Source of the DNA: Gnetum montanum
Lineage: Eukaryota; Plantae; Gnetophyta
Reading direction: 5' to 3'
Length of the DNA: 64,000 nucleotides
NCBI GenBank assembly: GCA_015680685.1
Contig: MNCI01002813.1
Location: 1,074,048-1,138,047, forward strand
The number at the start of each line of letters is the position of its first letter. Position 1 is the stretch's first letter. Below are positions 50,450-64,000 of this stretch, in pieces. Below the pieces are notes generated by a model that was not told the origin of the DNA, ran no database searches, and saw only the letters and a list, made by a program, of their open reading frames with translations. Position numbers and translations under genes: made by a program.

Positions 50450-52659
50450 AATATATAAAAAAACAATGTATTACATGATTAATAGGTGAAAATAATTGGT
50501 TGGGAGGTGTTAGGTTTTCTGAAGACAAGAACATAAGTTTATTGATCCTAGATTTGTTCATATTTATATGAATTTTCCTTACCATCACCTTGGCTACAAA
50601 GATACAACATGAAAGTCTATCATGGATGAGATGACATCCTATATTGGCTACTACATCTAATCAAGTCTAAGATATGTTGATCGATAATGTTAGAAATCTT
50701 ATTTTAGTTCATAACCTCTATATTTGTAAATATAATATTTTTCTTTTTGTATTTATTCATATTATTTTGAAAACCTTATTTTGCTGACATAAGCCTAGGA
50801 TGATGATGATTGTCCTATATTAATTCTCATGCATAATGTTAAATATAAAATATATTGGACATTTTTCGCAATATCTAAAAACATGATGTTACAAAATTAA
50901 TAATACATTACTACATTATTGTAATCAAAGAAGCAACTACATACCACCTACTCACTTTAACTAGCTTTCATAATTATAAATCCAAAAAGAAAGATGTTAA
51001 TAGCAAAATAGTTCAATATTAATTACCATTGTAATACTAAATCACCACAATATTTTTGCATTTGTTCAATGTCAAGTGTTTTCACTAATAATATCATGTT
51101 ACCTCTTTTCATTGCAATTTACATTATAACTTGAATTAAGAATTGTGACCCTAACCATAACTTCCAACATTCGTTGTGACCCCTAATAATATGCCATGAA
51201 TTGAATCACAAGTCACAATGAAACTTGCATCATATTCTACAAAACATGTTATCATTAGTACATCTACTTTTCATTTTGAAAAATATTGAAAACTCACTAA
51301 AACTATTGCAAATTTTTCTCTATTTAGAAATAATTACCAAAGCATTAAGACCAAAAAAGAAATTGAAAATAAGCATTAAAGTGAAAATACTTTGAATCAA
51401 ACTGAATATAAAAAATTTGGTTTATTGTACATTCTATAGTAGCAAAAGTATTGAGCTCCACACACAATAGCTCAACACTTGATGTACCAAGGCTTTAGAA
51501 TGAGCTCTAACTAAGAGAGAAATAGGATATGACCTTTTATAGGTTACATTTAGAGTTTAATATTTTACATTAACTATTTATATAATTTAAAATATGATTA
51601 AGAACTTATATTTTTATTTTGCCATCTTTGTCTCACATTCAAATGAATTATAATATTAACTATAATATGCTAATTTTTTACTTTCATATTAAACCTATCT
51701 CCTTGGGGTATTACATTAATGATGTTTTCAATTTCATTCAAAAATGTGTTGAGGCTTCATAACCCTCTAAAAAATCCTTTGTGATTTCTTAGACATGATA
51801 AAAGCTTCTAATTTCTAATTTCCATTACACATTAATGGTTGATATAATTCACATGTATGAAATGATCTAGAAAATCCTAACAAGATCAAAGGTTTAGATA
51901 AATTAACTATGTTGATAATTCAAGATATAATCAACACCTAAAATAAATATGTAGCTTATAGGAAAAGGGATACTAGAACTTCATTCAATATAAACATCAC
52001 ATACTTGAGGTGTAAACATTTTTATATTTAAAAATTCATAAAACACATGCATATAGAAATTTTTGTAAAAATTACATTAAGCCTGACATTCATCCAAGTT
52101 CTTTTAGTTGACTTACATTAAAAACTAGTAAATAACATAAATAATCTAATAAATAAAAATTTGACTAAGCTACAATAAAATAACGAAGTGTTGGATCCAA
52201 AAAAATGAATAATGATATTAACAAAATTTAGTATACATTAAATCATCAAAGTAAAGTGTACAGAAAACCCCCAACAATTTCAAAGATGCATTTTTAAGTT
52301 TTAATCATTATAACCAACCCTATAAAACATTCCCTCTAGGGTAGAAAAAGGATTAGGCCTTACCTTTTTAGAGAAGCACCTTCATGGATTTTCACTTCAT
52401 ACTAAATGGTTTTTTATAAAAAGAAGAAAAATCTCTCTAAAGAAAAATGTATACATCAATTATCAATAATAAAAAAATAACAATAAAAGATAAAATATTC
52501 CCATATTTAAGTCTTTAAAACAAAAATAAATTAATACTGTAGAAAATAAATAATTGTTCAACTTTCATTAGGAGCTTTTTTGCTTGAAGTTCTAGCTAAA
52601 AGGAAACATCATAGTGAAATTATTTTCTAATGTTCTAGCTGAAGTTATTATCTTGCTGT

Positions 52660-52790
52660 CCATTTATTTCCATTAATATTTTTACCTAGAGAAACGTTTT
52701 TACTGGCTTCTTGGAAAACATGAAAGAGATCATCTTCAATAATATCCCAATGCTTCTTAAAAAATTGAATATGAAAACCATCAAATTTAA
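52660..52790 (-). pseudogene. Small decayed LINE RT-proximal fragment
   Basis: FDGFHIQFFKKHWDIIEDDLFHVFQEASKNVSLGKNIN resembles the L1 DGF..EFF..W..I..DL motif. Confidence 0.65.
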
Positions 52791-53366
52791 TAGCAAATAA
52801 TAGGTTAATATATCAAAACTTATGAAAGAAAAAGTTAAACAAAAGAAATCATCACTAATTTATAAAAAAATTTAAACATAAGAAATATAAGCTATGAAAA
52901 TAACATATGATCATCTAAAGTCTTCATTTGCTTCTAATTAAGGTAAAAAGAAAAAAATCATAAAATTTAACTCTATGTAGTTTGGATAAGACTAAAATTG
53001 ATTAAGATATTAGCCTGTTATTAAAAATTTTTGCATAGAAAAACTTAGTTCATAGGTTCAATTCTAGTGGATAATGTTAAGTTATGGACAAAAAAATTTT
53101 CTATATAAGGAATTCTAAAACTAGTGGTTTGACAAGTTTGAGAGGGTCTTAATGGACATAAATAAAAATTCAACTTTAGAATTTTCTGAAGGAGAAATGA
53201 TAATATATCTCTAAATCATTTTAATAAAAGCTTGTGCCATTTATAACATTACTAAGTAATTTCTAGTTGATCCCTTTATAGTTCCTTATTTTAGAGGTGT
53301 GTTTATAACTTTATGACTTAATTTTCTAATTTTAGTCATTTTCATTCCTATTACTAAGAGCATAGC

Positions 53367-54202
53367 TAATGAGCGATTCTCTATTCCAATACTCAACCAT
53401 ACAAGTCACAAGTGTTCATGCACAACCAAATCACAATCTTTGGATGAACTAGAAATTGGTGTTCAGTTTGTGATTATTGTCTTCTTACTTGTAGTTAGTG
53501 AGCTGTAAATTATATAGTTTAACTCTTAGTGAGGTATATGATGTACTGATGTTATTCAGGTCAAAATATGCTAAGTGCCAACACAGTAAAAATGATTATA
53601 AAGTCTAAGTTTAATTACATTGAAAATATAAAGCTATTTTATCCTATTAATGATACCTATCCATTCTTGGCTTTCTATACACATCCTGGGTTAAAGCAAT
53701 TGTTACTAGGATTACCAAGTAACTTCACTATTGAGCAAATCAAGCAAAGTTACTACTTGGTTACCATACAATTACACTTTATGCTTGAAACTAGTCATAC
53801 TTATTCCACTTACAAATAGATATTAGAAAAATTAAAGACTTCATAAAAGTAACTAACTTAGTAAATGTAATCAACATGGAAAAGTAAAACCATGCTAAGT
53901 AAATTGCTATAATAATGACAAACAATCTTGATCTTTATTTTTGTTTATGAATTATGTCCAGGAATACTCCACTCGAATAAAGATTCCATAAAACTATAAT
54001 TTACCATACTTTGAGCATTTACTGTAACTCTAACTCATGAAGACAAATTGCAAAATTTTACTAAGTGTTTCCAACAAGTTGTTCCTTCGACGTGACAATG
54101 GATTGGTATTTATCAGCATGACTATGGCCCGTTACATCATATCTACAATGACATATACAGAGTTACTATGATATCATAGGCTTTGCATAAAAGATTTTAT
54201 CA
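53367..54202 (-). repeat. E6 3' LTR
   Basis: Minus strand TGATAAAA...GCTCATTA; homologous to the E4 LTRs; preceded by the PPT. Confidence 0.88.
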
Positions 54203-54439
54203 TACCCCCATGACTAATTGAAAACTCATCCTTGAGTTAAAACAAAAGGAGGATAGAGTTCTTTACAAATTTGTAGAGTTATATACAAACTTTGATATTA
54301 TGACTTATATATATAACTAACTCTACTATGAATGATGCATTATGGTTCAAGTAGTCTTTACAAAATTATCACGCAGTACATGATTGAAACATATGACAAA
54401 AATAGGTCAAAACAAAACAAATAAAGCTTGATGTAGTCT

Positions 54440-57166
54440 TTATGTTCCAAGTGGTGATGGCTTCTCCACTAGCCTCTTTCCCTTATCATTGAGCTTCTAA
54501 AAATGACATTTATTTAGTAGTTCTCATAGCTTCTATTTTTCATTGGATCATGTACCATCCAAAAAAATTCAACAATGTTTGCTAGAGTTAGTACTTCTCA
54601 AGGACACAACAACTAGGGAAACATCTTGTTGGCTTTCATGTATCATGTTGAAAACTACCTTCACTCTTCTTCAAAAGCCCTAGATATTTTTCTTAGTTCT
54701 TGGTAATGATTCATTCTTCTAAGCAAGGTTGCTGCTACATCATTCTAATTCTAGTAGCTAGCTTTAATCACTTATAGCTTAGAGTTTGCTATGTAGAGCT
54801 TCTCTTGTATGTCCTTTTTATCTATAAACTCCTTCTCATACCTTGCATAAACAACAATCACTTGCTAGTCTAGTTTCATTCTAGAACTACCTACTATTAA
54901 CATGGCTAAGTTAGTGTATCAGAGTTTTGTTAATATCATGTACTTTGTTATATCTTCAATTTACATATCTTTATTCTTGATTTTAGCTTAGTGTACATGG
55001 GAAAGATTGCCCAAGATGGATTGCAATTTGGAATTTTTTTCATTGATCTACTTGTACATTCCCACTAGATCTCTAAAGTGTTTCTTTAACCATTCATGCT
55101 TTTTAGCTTCATTTTTGCATATGCTAATTTTGATTGCTGATTTTTGATGTACAACATGAGCTTCTTCCATAAATAGGGTTTTGTTTTCTCTAGCCAATTT
55201 TCTGATATCAAACTCAACATGAGCAAATTGCTCTCTCAACTAATGAATATTCTTTTCTAGCACATTCTTTTACTTTTCTATGTTTGTCAACCTTACATTT
55301 TCCATAGCAATTCTCTTGTTTTCTTCTTCAATTACAATTAGGACTTTAGCATGCACATATATCTAGGCATCTACCACTGAAGTGTTCCATACTGCCTTCT
55401 CTTTCTCAATATTCATTTATGCATATTTGATCATCAATTAGTCAATTTCTTCATTCATAAATTATTCTAGCTAGTCAAGTGCAATGTAATGTGCAAGGTC
55501 TTACCTTTCTGCTCTTAGTGCAACTAATTACTCTTATAACCTCTACACTTTATTTTAAGCATGTTGCATTCTAGTTTCAGCCATGACCAACTTTCCCTTT
55601 ATTGAAATTAGTTCTAACTGAACTATAGTGATATCATTGGGGATATCAAAGAGATTTGCATTACTTGTCCTATTTGCAGTAGTTGGTTTATTTTGTCTTC
55701 ATGATTTTCTTGGGCCATGAAAGTTCTGGCTATCGTTTCTACATCTCTTGCTCTAATAATATTAACTAGTGGCATAATAAGAACATTAAAGGATTCTTTT
55801 ATATGATCAGTGATGAATTTAGTTTTTTTTATTAAATCTTGATGTCGTATTACTACTCATATGGCTTCTCCTTCTATTTCCAACATCACTTGAAAAGATG
55901 TAGCATTCCCAGAGATTTTTTGTATCAAATCTTCATCCTCTCCTAATTGTAATGAGGCTTGGCTACTTGCAGATCCTATTGATATTATAGGATTATTAGG
56001 ATTTTCTTGCACTCTATACATGCTTAAGACTTCTCGGCTTCCCAAAATTATTATCTCATGAATATGTAGTAAATGGCTCATCAAGGGTCTATAGTTATGT
56101 TGTGATAGAAGAGCACTTTTTCCTAGTCTATTGGTGGATAGTATTGATCCACTGGGCCCTACTTGTTTCTTTCTTATAGCTAGAATGTTTTCTACCAATG
56201 TAGGCATTGCTAGTCCCTTCGTGCCTACTAGTTTTTCAACTTGATCTTTCTTTGGCAACACTAGTTTATAAAGTTTAGCATAAGAGGCATTTTAGGCTTT
56301 GCAAAGTACATCATTAGTATAGCCCAATATTCTAGCTTGTTGACACAATCTTCTAATGAGACAAGGAAATGGTAGAGTAAATTTCCCTATCTTCTTCTCC
56401 TCAAATATTCTTTGGATTTTCAAAAATAGCAAATGAGCTATGTTTTCCTTGAATTCCCCATTGAGATTATGCTTCCTCTCATGAAATAGGTGAAAATTTT
56501 GTTTAGTCTTTTTGTTGGAAATAATTGATATGTCTCAATTTTGAAGTAAATTTTCTCAGCTATGGAGAATCTACTGTACTCTTTTTCACTTACTCCATAG
56601 GCCATATGTAGCCATAATTCTCTTTCGTTTATGTTAGACTTGGTAGATATTTGGGAAATGTTGGATCTGATGTTTGAATTATTCCATGTCTTGATTATTA
56701 TCTCAATTGAGTATGGCACTATGATCCCCTCTACTTTTATAGTAGCATCATCGTGTTTATTCTTCTAGAATTAATAAACTTCTCCCAAGTACCATTCACC
56801 ATTACTTAAGATGATGGCCAACAAAGGAAATGCTTGTAATTTTTCATGAACTTCAACAAGAGAAAAATTCATGAATGATCAAAAATTCAATTCCAATAAG
56901 ATAGTGGACATGATGGACTTCTCCTAGATGACTTGAAGACACTTATTTGAGAGTGTAAGACATTATCCTTGCTTAGGAGCAGGTGGTGCCTTAGCTTTTA
57001 CCTACCCAAATTGTCCTATTATAGGTGTGGGTTGATGGATGTTGTAGGACCAAGCCTCTTACTCTACAGGAGGAGTCTATTCTCTAGTTCTTCCTCTACC
57101 TTTTCCCTTGAGCATTTTCTTCCTTGGTTATTAAGGTCCTTCCACTTTGGATTTCTTGGGACGAAT
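54440..57166 (-). pseudogene. E6 accessory ORF
   Basis: Degenerate start (I/M)RPKKSK; contains GEWYLGE, WLHMAYG..EKIYFK and LPFPCLIRRLCQQA; coiled coil; ends PSPLGT*. Confidence 0.75.
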
Positions 57167-57740
57167 ATGTAATCATGAATAGTTTTGTGATTACCCAATT
57201 AATTCAAAAAAAAACCTCTATGGTTCATAACCCTTCCTTGAATTCTTAGGTTTGATTAAAATCATTTCCTAATGTCAACTTTGCTTCTAATTGGAAATGC
57301 AGACTTAGAAAAATTTGTAAGTTGAATAAATACTTCTACAAGAAAAATATTTAATTGAAGAATTTTCTAATATTTACAAACAAATTTATCCTTTATTAAC
57401 TATTACAATCATTAATTTTTTGTTTGAAGTATGTGGTTATTTGGAAACAATCGTTAAGTTTATTAGCCATTGTCAGGTTAGAATATAATCATCTCTTATT
57501 ATTCTTACCCTTTGTTCTTCCAAGTGTTAGAAAACTTTTATGTGATTTGTATAAACTGCATGTAGTACTCTCCCCCTTGACCAATTTAATCACTTTGTGA
57601 CCAAAAGAAAACAAAAATGACTTAAATTGAAGTTACGGTAAGAAAGATATAGATCTCTAAATCTTAGAGATCATAAAAACAACATGAACTCCATACATCT
57701 GAAACGAAACAATGATAAAAATTTTCTAACATCTCACAAG

Positions 57741-57860
57741 TATATATATATATATATATTGGCGATACATTATAGATACAGCATCATGGATGCAATATCA
57801 CGGAGGCTAATACATAATATCTATGATATCACCATGAAAATTTTCAATGTTTTGTGATAT
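57741..57860 (-). promoter_or_regulatory. Putative E6 internal promoter: GATATC-type motifs plus TATA expanded to (TA)9
   Basis: CTATGATATCA (57821) and GCAATATCAC lie upstream on minus of the TA run at 57741-57758; same position as in E1 and E2. Confidence 0.55.
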
Positions 57861-59399
57861 TTTTTATGGAAAAATGGATAAAATAGAGAGCTTAGAAGGT
57901 TCAAAGATGATCTAAATGGTTCTTCATCACATGTGATGCTTAGAATGTAAGAATTAATCATTAAAAGTGTGTGGAAAAGCATTTTTTGGCAAGGTAAGTC
58001 AATTAAGATTTTTGAAAATGGTTGGTTAAAATTTTCAAATATGTTAATAAAGATGAGTATTTAGGGAAATAAAATTTATCATATAAGTGTTATATAAGCA
58101 AAATATGATGTAGAATTAATCATCAAGTATGAAGCACAAGTGTTATACAAGCGGATCCTTCCCAAAGTGGGCTCTAGCCCTTAGTGCCTTTGTATAATCA
58201 CACCTACAAATGTCCATAGGCACTCAAGAAGTTGAATGTAAAACATACTTGTATTCAAAAACACATATGTTAGTATCTCCCCAATAAGAAAATAACACTA
58301 TCTTAGATAAAACCATCAAATTATGATTGTATATAGCAATGAGATGAAATAATAATAGTAGGGATTGTAGAAAATGGGATGTAAGGTTTATTACCATAGG
58401 CATAACAAACTCTATGTATGATGCATGGTTAAAATGATCATCAGTCCTTTCGTCTAATATCCAAACCAAGTCCATATCACTTACTAGTGATATTTCATTG
58501 TATCATCTTAAAACTAACAGCCACAAAACTATCATAGCTATAAGAAGTATTAACACTTGGCAATGAAGTACAAGGAAGCAATTTATTAATGCAATTTATT
58601 CTAAAGGAGACTTGTTCATTGGAAAAAGGAGTATTTTTAGGAATGGGTAACATGTATTTCTAGTTAAACTCTCAAAAAATTTTATTATGTATATTTATTA
58701 AGTTATTAGTATGTCAACCTTACTAGAGGACTACCTTCAAGCATGGATAACATCTTTCCAATGACATGGTAAGGTAGTACTTATTTCTTGAAGATACTTC
58801 CATTTTTAATTAGAACTCAAGTAAATAATATAGCTTAACAACAAGATAAGATTTATAGCATTAGCTTTAGAGAATCTACAAATCCCTTTGATGTCACACC
58901 ATTTTCATTCCTACTTGGTCTTTCACTTCTCTATCTAGGCATAATGATCACAAGTTTATTTTAGTTTTATTGTGAAAATAATGTCATTATGTCTATGGTA
59001 AAAACCTCTAATTATTGAAAATGAGTGGATGGATAATGTGATCTCACTGTATATGCAATCAATCCTTTAATGATTTCATAACATAAGGAAAAATTCTTAT
59101 TATTCTAACTACATATTTTTTTATAATTTTACACTTTATTAGAAAAATAAAAAAAGGTATGTACATGAAAAATAGTAAAAATTACTAAAGAATGAGAAAT
59201 ATGTAAGAAAGGAAAGACATATAAATAATTTGAAAGATATTAAAGAATGAAAAATGATTAAGAAATGGGTAAAGTGTAAAAGAATGCAAAAGATATCAAA
59301 GAATGTAGAAATTAGTAATAAATGTAAAAAGTATAAAAGAAGCTTTTGTGCCTAAGTGTCCTAGGTGACACCCCCACAACTATCATCAAAAGTAGAAAC

Positions 59400-62300
59400 T
59401 TGGAATATTGAATAAGTAATAAATGGTCTAGTGTACAAGGTAGAATCTTTAAAGGAATAGGAAAAGTTACAAAATGGTTTTACCTATTAAATATTGACAA
59501 GGATAAGTCTCTATGGGTTCATTAGGTGATAAATTTGTATGACCTAATTGGTATGTAACATGGATGGTATAAGATCCTTCTCATAAGGTTTGAAACTTAG
59601 TCTTTTATGGAACATGGTTTAAGTATGATAAAGGACTTTATCTTCAAGCTTAATAGATACTTATCTAATTTTGATGTCATGTATATATTTGGAATACTTT
59701 TTATGAATTTCATTACTCATTTGATATATTAGTTGATTTTTATCTAAAATATTGAGATTCATTAATTGTTCCTTTTAAGCTAAGTCTAGGTCTAGGTCAA
59801 GTGTGCTAGCAATTATAAGGGTATTTAATTCTTCTTGGATTGGTAGAGTAGAAAATCTACCATAAACTAACTCATATGGTGAATACCCTATAAGAAGTTT
59901 CCATGTTGATCTATATACCCATAGAGCATCATTAAGTTTAATGCTCTAGTCCTTCCTATATTGACTAATGATTCCAGTTAATATTCTTTTGATTTCTCTA
60001 TTAGTCACATTAGCTTGACCATACACTTGGGGGTGATAAGGTGTAGTTAGTTTATAGTTGACCCTAGGTTGTTGTATCATCTTCTTAAATGTAGCTACAA
60101 TGAAATGAGTCTCATTTTTTGATATTAGCATGTGTTGTACTCCAAATTTGTTTATAATGTGTTGTTCAAAGATCTTTGTAACTATTGTGGCTATGAAATC
60201 CTTAACTATAGCTACTTCTACCCACTTAGTGCAGCAATAAAAAACCACTATAATGTAATAATTTCCATTCTACATCGATGTAATCAGCCCCATAAAGTCA
60301 ATTCCACATATATCAAAGGATTCCAATGATTATATCCATTGTTATGGTCCTTCATTTCTGGTAGTCAATCATCCATCTCTTTAGCATCTTACACAAGATT
60401 CTACAAATCGATGTGCATTCCTAAATATGGTAGGAAAAAAGTATCCTACCATCATCAATTTTAGTATTGTCTATCATCCCACATAGTGAATACCACATGG
60501 TCCTTCATGCACATATTGCAAGACTCTTTTTTGATTTTCTTCTGGAATACACCATCTTATCAACCCATCAACATATATCTTGTAAAGGTCTCCATTAAAT
60601 TCCATATATTTTTTTTACTTCATGGAGAAACTATTCTTTATGCTTCTTATCCCATTCAATAGGAAGCTCTTGTATGAATAGATATGTTATGTAATCGGTT
60701 TTCCATAACTTTACTATTAATTCTTTAACCATTTCTATCTTTGTAAATGAATTCTCATCAAAAAATTGGTCTGACAATGGTTCTTCATTTTATTGAGGTT
60801 TCCACTTTAATCTTCACAAGTAATCAACTATAACATTTTCAATTCCTCTTTTTTCAACCATCATGATGTCAAATTCTTATAAGATGATGAGTCATCTTAT
60901 TACTCTTAGACTTACCACTAGTTTATTCATTAGAAACCTGATGACACTATGGTTAGTATGGACATAGATGGGGTGCCCAAGCACATAATCTCTAAACCTT
61001 TTAAGGGAGTATACCACATCCATAAGCTCTTTTCCTGTGATGGTATAATTAAGTTGTGCACTAGTGATTTTGCGACCAACGTAGTGTATGTAATAAGGTT
61101 TTTTCTTATCATTGGTTAAGTCAACAATGCTCCCAAAATGTGGTTTGAAGCATCTTTCATAATGTGGAAAGGCTTGGAATAATCTAAAGCTTGGAGAATC
61201 GGTATCTCGATTATTTTCTATTTTAGGATATCAAATGCTTTGTCACATTATTCTAACAACTCAAACAGTGCATACTTCTTTGTTAGTTTAACGAAAGTTT
61301 TGCAATCTTTGAGAAATTTTTAATGAATCTTTTATAGTATTTTTTTGGCCAAGAAATGATCTAATATCTTTAACTATTTATGGCCTTTAAGTGATGGTCT
61401 AAATAACTCTAATATTTTTTGAAGCTACCTTAATTCCTTTATAAGATATCTTATGTCCTATAACTATGTCGTCTTGGACCATTAAATGGCCCTTTTACCA
61501 ATTCATCTTCAAATTGTTATAACATATCTTTTCAAAACCTTCTTTCAGTAGTCCAAGGCTTATTTGAAGTTGGGCCCATTTTTGAAAGATCATCCATGAA
61601 TACTTCAACTCCATTTCCAATCTATTTTTAGGAGATGATATGTACAAGTCACTAGAAAGTGGCAGGAGCATCACATGGGCCAAAGGACATTTCCCTATAT
61701 GCAAACATTCCTCATGGACTAATGAACATTGTTTTCTCTTGATCTCCTAGTGTGATATGGATTTGATTGTATTCAAAATATCCATCCAGAAGCTATAGTA
61801 CTAATGTCCTACAATGGTATCCATGACTTGGTCAACAAAAGATAAAGAGAAATGATCTTTAAATGTTGCCATGTTTAACAATCAAAAATTGATAGAGATC
61901 CTCCACTTGTACTCCTTCTTTAGAACAATGACCGATGAACTAACCCATCCATTGATGTGATTGGATAGATGAGCCCAACCTTTAATAATTTCTCCAACCC
62001 TTGTTTGACAACTTCTTTCAATTTGGGGTTCAATCTTCTTTGAGGTTGGCAATGTTGTTTAATGGTTAGATCTATGGAGATTTGATGTTGACAGATGCAT
62101 AGATCAATGCTAATGATCTCATCATAAGATCATGCATATGTAATTGGTCATTTTATCACCACTTCCAATAGTTTTTTCTTTTGTTCTTTATCAAGATTGG
62201 AATTTATGATTACCAATTTCTTATTATTTAGGAAAGCATATTTAGGTGCATCCTATAGGGCTTTTAGTTCTAGTAGTTCTAGTTCATACCTTTCTAGTAT

Positions 62301-62990
62301 CTATAACTATCCTCATTTAATGTCTTTCTCTTATTGTGATTTAGTATAAGAAGGTTGTCTTCATAATTGTTCTAACTTATCTATTTCTTCAACATAGGCA
62401 CTCATGATCTTGTCCACTAGTTCCATGCATATGTTAGATTCTACCACTAGATACCTTCTTATCTAATGGCTGCCAAATATAGACATTATTTTAGACACAT
62501 GTCTTCAACACATCTATTGCATGTTGTGATATCATCATATGTTGTCCATATTTTTTGCATATAATTACACACATGATCATTATATGTGATACATGAAACT
62601 CTACATCATTCAATAACTCTAGCTTCATCTTTCATGGAAATTTCTAAGGATAAGTCTCTAATTTTGAGCTTAGCATCCATAGTGCTAAGCCATGCTTTTC
62701 CCATAATTATAGAGAATTCCCCCTTATTCTTCCCCACATATATGACAAAAAAATTGACAAGATAAGACTAGCCACTTATTAAAGTAATCACATCTTCCAC
62801 TTATCCAAGTGGAATAGCAATTTACTAATATACTAGCTCTAATCAAATTTTACTATTCTTTACTAAAGGGAGATTCCAAGCCTTATACATGTCTTTTGAG
62901 ATGAGGTTCACTCCTAACCTAGAATCTAATAGAGCCTTACATGGTTTGTGTTCTACTATTTGGAGATAGACCAATGGACTTCATGGATCT
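59400..62990 (-). pseudogene. pol: E6 pol (PR, RT, RH, IN)
   Basis: LLDSRLGVNL near 62920; KDHFSL and EVFMDD near 61590; TKWVEV..NETHF..TTPYHPQ (ORF 59946..60248). Confidence 0.92.
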
Positions 62991-62999
62991 ATTTTTTTC

Positions 63000-64000
63000 T
63001 TGGAAAGTGCTCTTTCTTTGATCTAGTATGTTACTATCTATGTGAGAATGACAATTATTAAGTTTTTTTCAATAGATGTTGGAAGCATAGCCTTTTCCTA
63101 AGGATTTTGTGTGGAAGGAATAGAATTAGATGAAATCCCCATCCTTTGAATCTTTTCTAGGCTTACCCGAAAAAAGGAACATTCCTTGGATCTTGGTTCA
63201 CTTTTCATAACATCCTCTTATGTGGTGACTACCCTAGTAACACTCTTTTAGTATGGTTGTGTTGACAGTTCTCCTTGTATGACTAGTGGCAATACTAGTG
63301 GTAGTGGATTAGAAGCTTGGAATGAGAAACGTGTTGCTCATTAGCGTGTGTAAGAATTCAAATCCACATGTAGTGGATCTATGGTAATCTAGTGGATAGT
63401 AGGGAGAGGAAGTGTGGACAAAAGTATTTCCATGATATATAGGACATTGTACATAGTATCCATAGGGATCAGGCTACCTATATATACATTGCTACCTTGG
63501 TTGTGGCATCCCTCATGCTTGTGGTTGTTGCCACTATTGTTGGTATTATTCCTACAATTGAGGATAAGCCCCGCTTAAATAATATGATTGCTTGTAGGCC
63601 TATTTAAAATTACCTAGCTAATAAGATAACCATCTAGGTTTTCTTTTTTTTTAGAAACTTTGGATTGACTACGTATGCCATGGACTCTTGTAAGTGGGCC
63701 ATAGTAGGGAAACATCGTTTAGGTTGTTCATATTGGCACACTTTACATCCTTCATCATCTTCTAAAATGGAGTCCATTACTTCCTCCATTGTAGTAATGT
63801 TTCCTTTACTTTTGTAGTTTTCACATCCATTGCCTTGTTTCTTTTTTTGGTTCTTACTTTTTTTGAAGTCTTGTTTGGTCCTATCCTCTACTATCTTTAG
63901 TGTTGTAGCAAACTTCACATCTACCAAATCCCACATTTTCTCTGTCTTTTTTGCAATGTCATTAACTAATTTCCAAATAGGTAGAATCTTTCATTGGGTT
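63000..64000 (-). pseudogene. gag: E6 gag C-terminal part
   Basis: CKVCQYEQPKRCFP knuckle; collinear with E4 39660-40650. Confidence 0.85.

Larger units (their letters stand above)
53367..64000 (-). mobile_element. E6: Athila-like LTR element of the E4 family; 5' part beyond the window
   Basis: On minus: gag tail, PR, RT, RH, IN, spacer, accessory ORF, PPT (54203-54217) and 3' LTR. ORF 63634..63936 is homologous to 39739..40014. Confidence 0.92.

Noticed and set aside
50450-52650. Host gene or RNA gene in the AT-rich interval
   Set aside because: No recognisable exon, tRNA or rRNA signature by eye.

Overview
AT-rich land-plant heterochromatic DNA made almost entirely of nested, decayed transposons; no intact host gene. 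Contents: (i) the 5' part of an L1-type LINE (minus, 1-2933); (ii) an inverted duplication carrying a subtilase (S8) gene fragment (2934-4225 vs 4905-5385 + 18092-18921), whose right arm is split by a full-length 12.7-kb Athila-like Ty3 LTR element (E1, 5386-18091); (iii) further Athila-like elements and fragments (21110-23300; 26318-27565; E2 about 28200-35800; E4 37083-50449; pol-less E5 45163-49692; E6 minus 53367-64000); (iv) nested solo LTRs (30831-32081; SIRE-like 41659-42811); (v) a probable PIF/Harbinger remnant with a dense palindromic motif array. The most interesting pattern recurs in three divergent Athila-like elements. Each carries a roughly 900-950-codon accessory gene (Transposase_32-like domain plus long coiled coil) with its own TATA promoter and an apparent 5'-UTR intron. 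Each promoter is preceded by the same family-specific, originally CpG-rich palindrome that is arrayed in that element's own LTR. A conserved stem-loop also lies in the pol-accessory spacer. This suggests, as inference only, an element-encoded sequence-specific transactivation or anti-silencing circuit. All alignments were done by eye; boundaries of decayed features are approximate.
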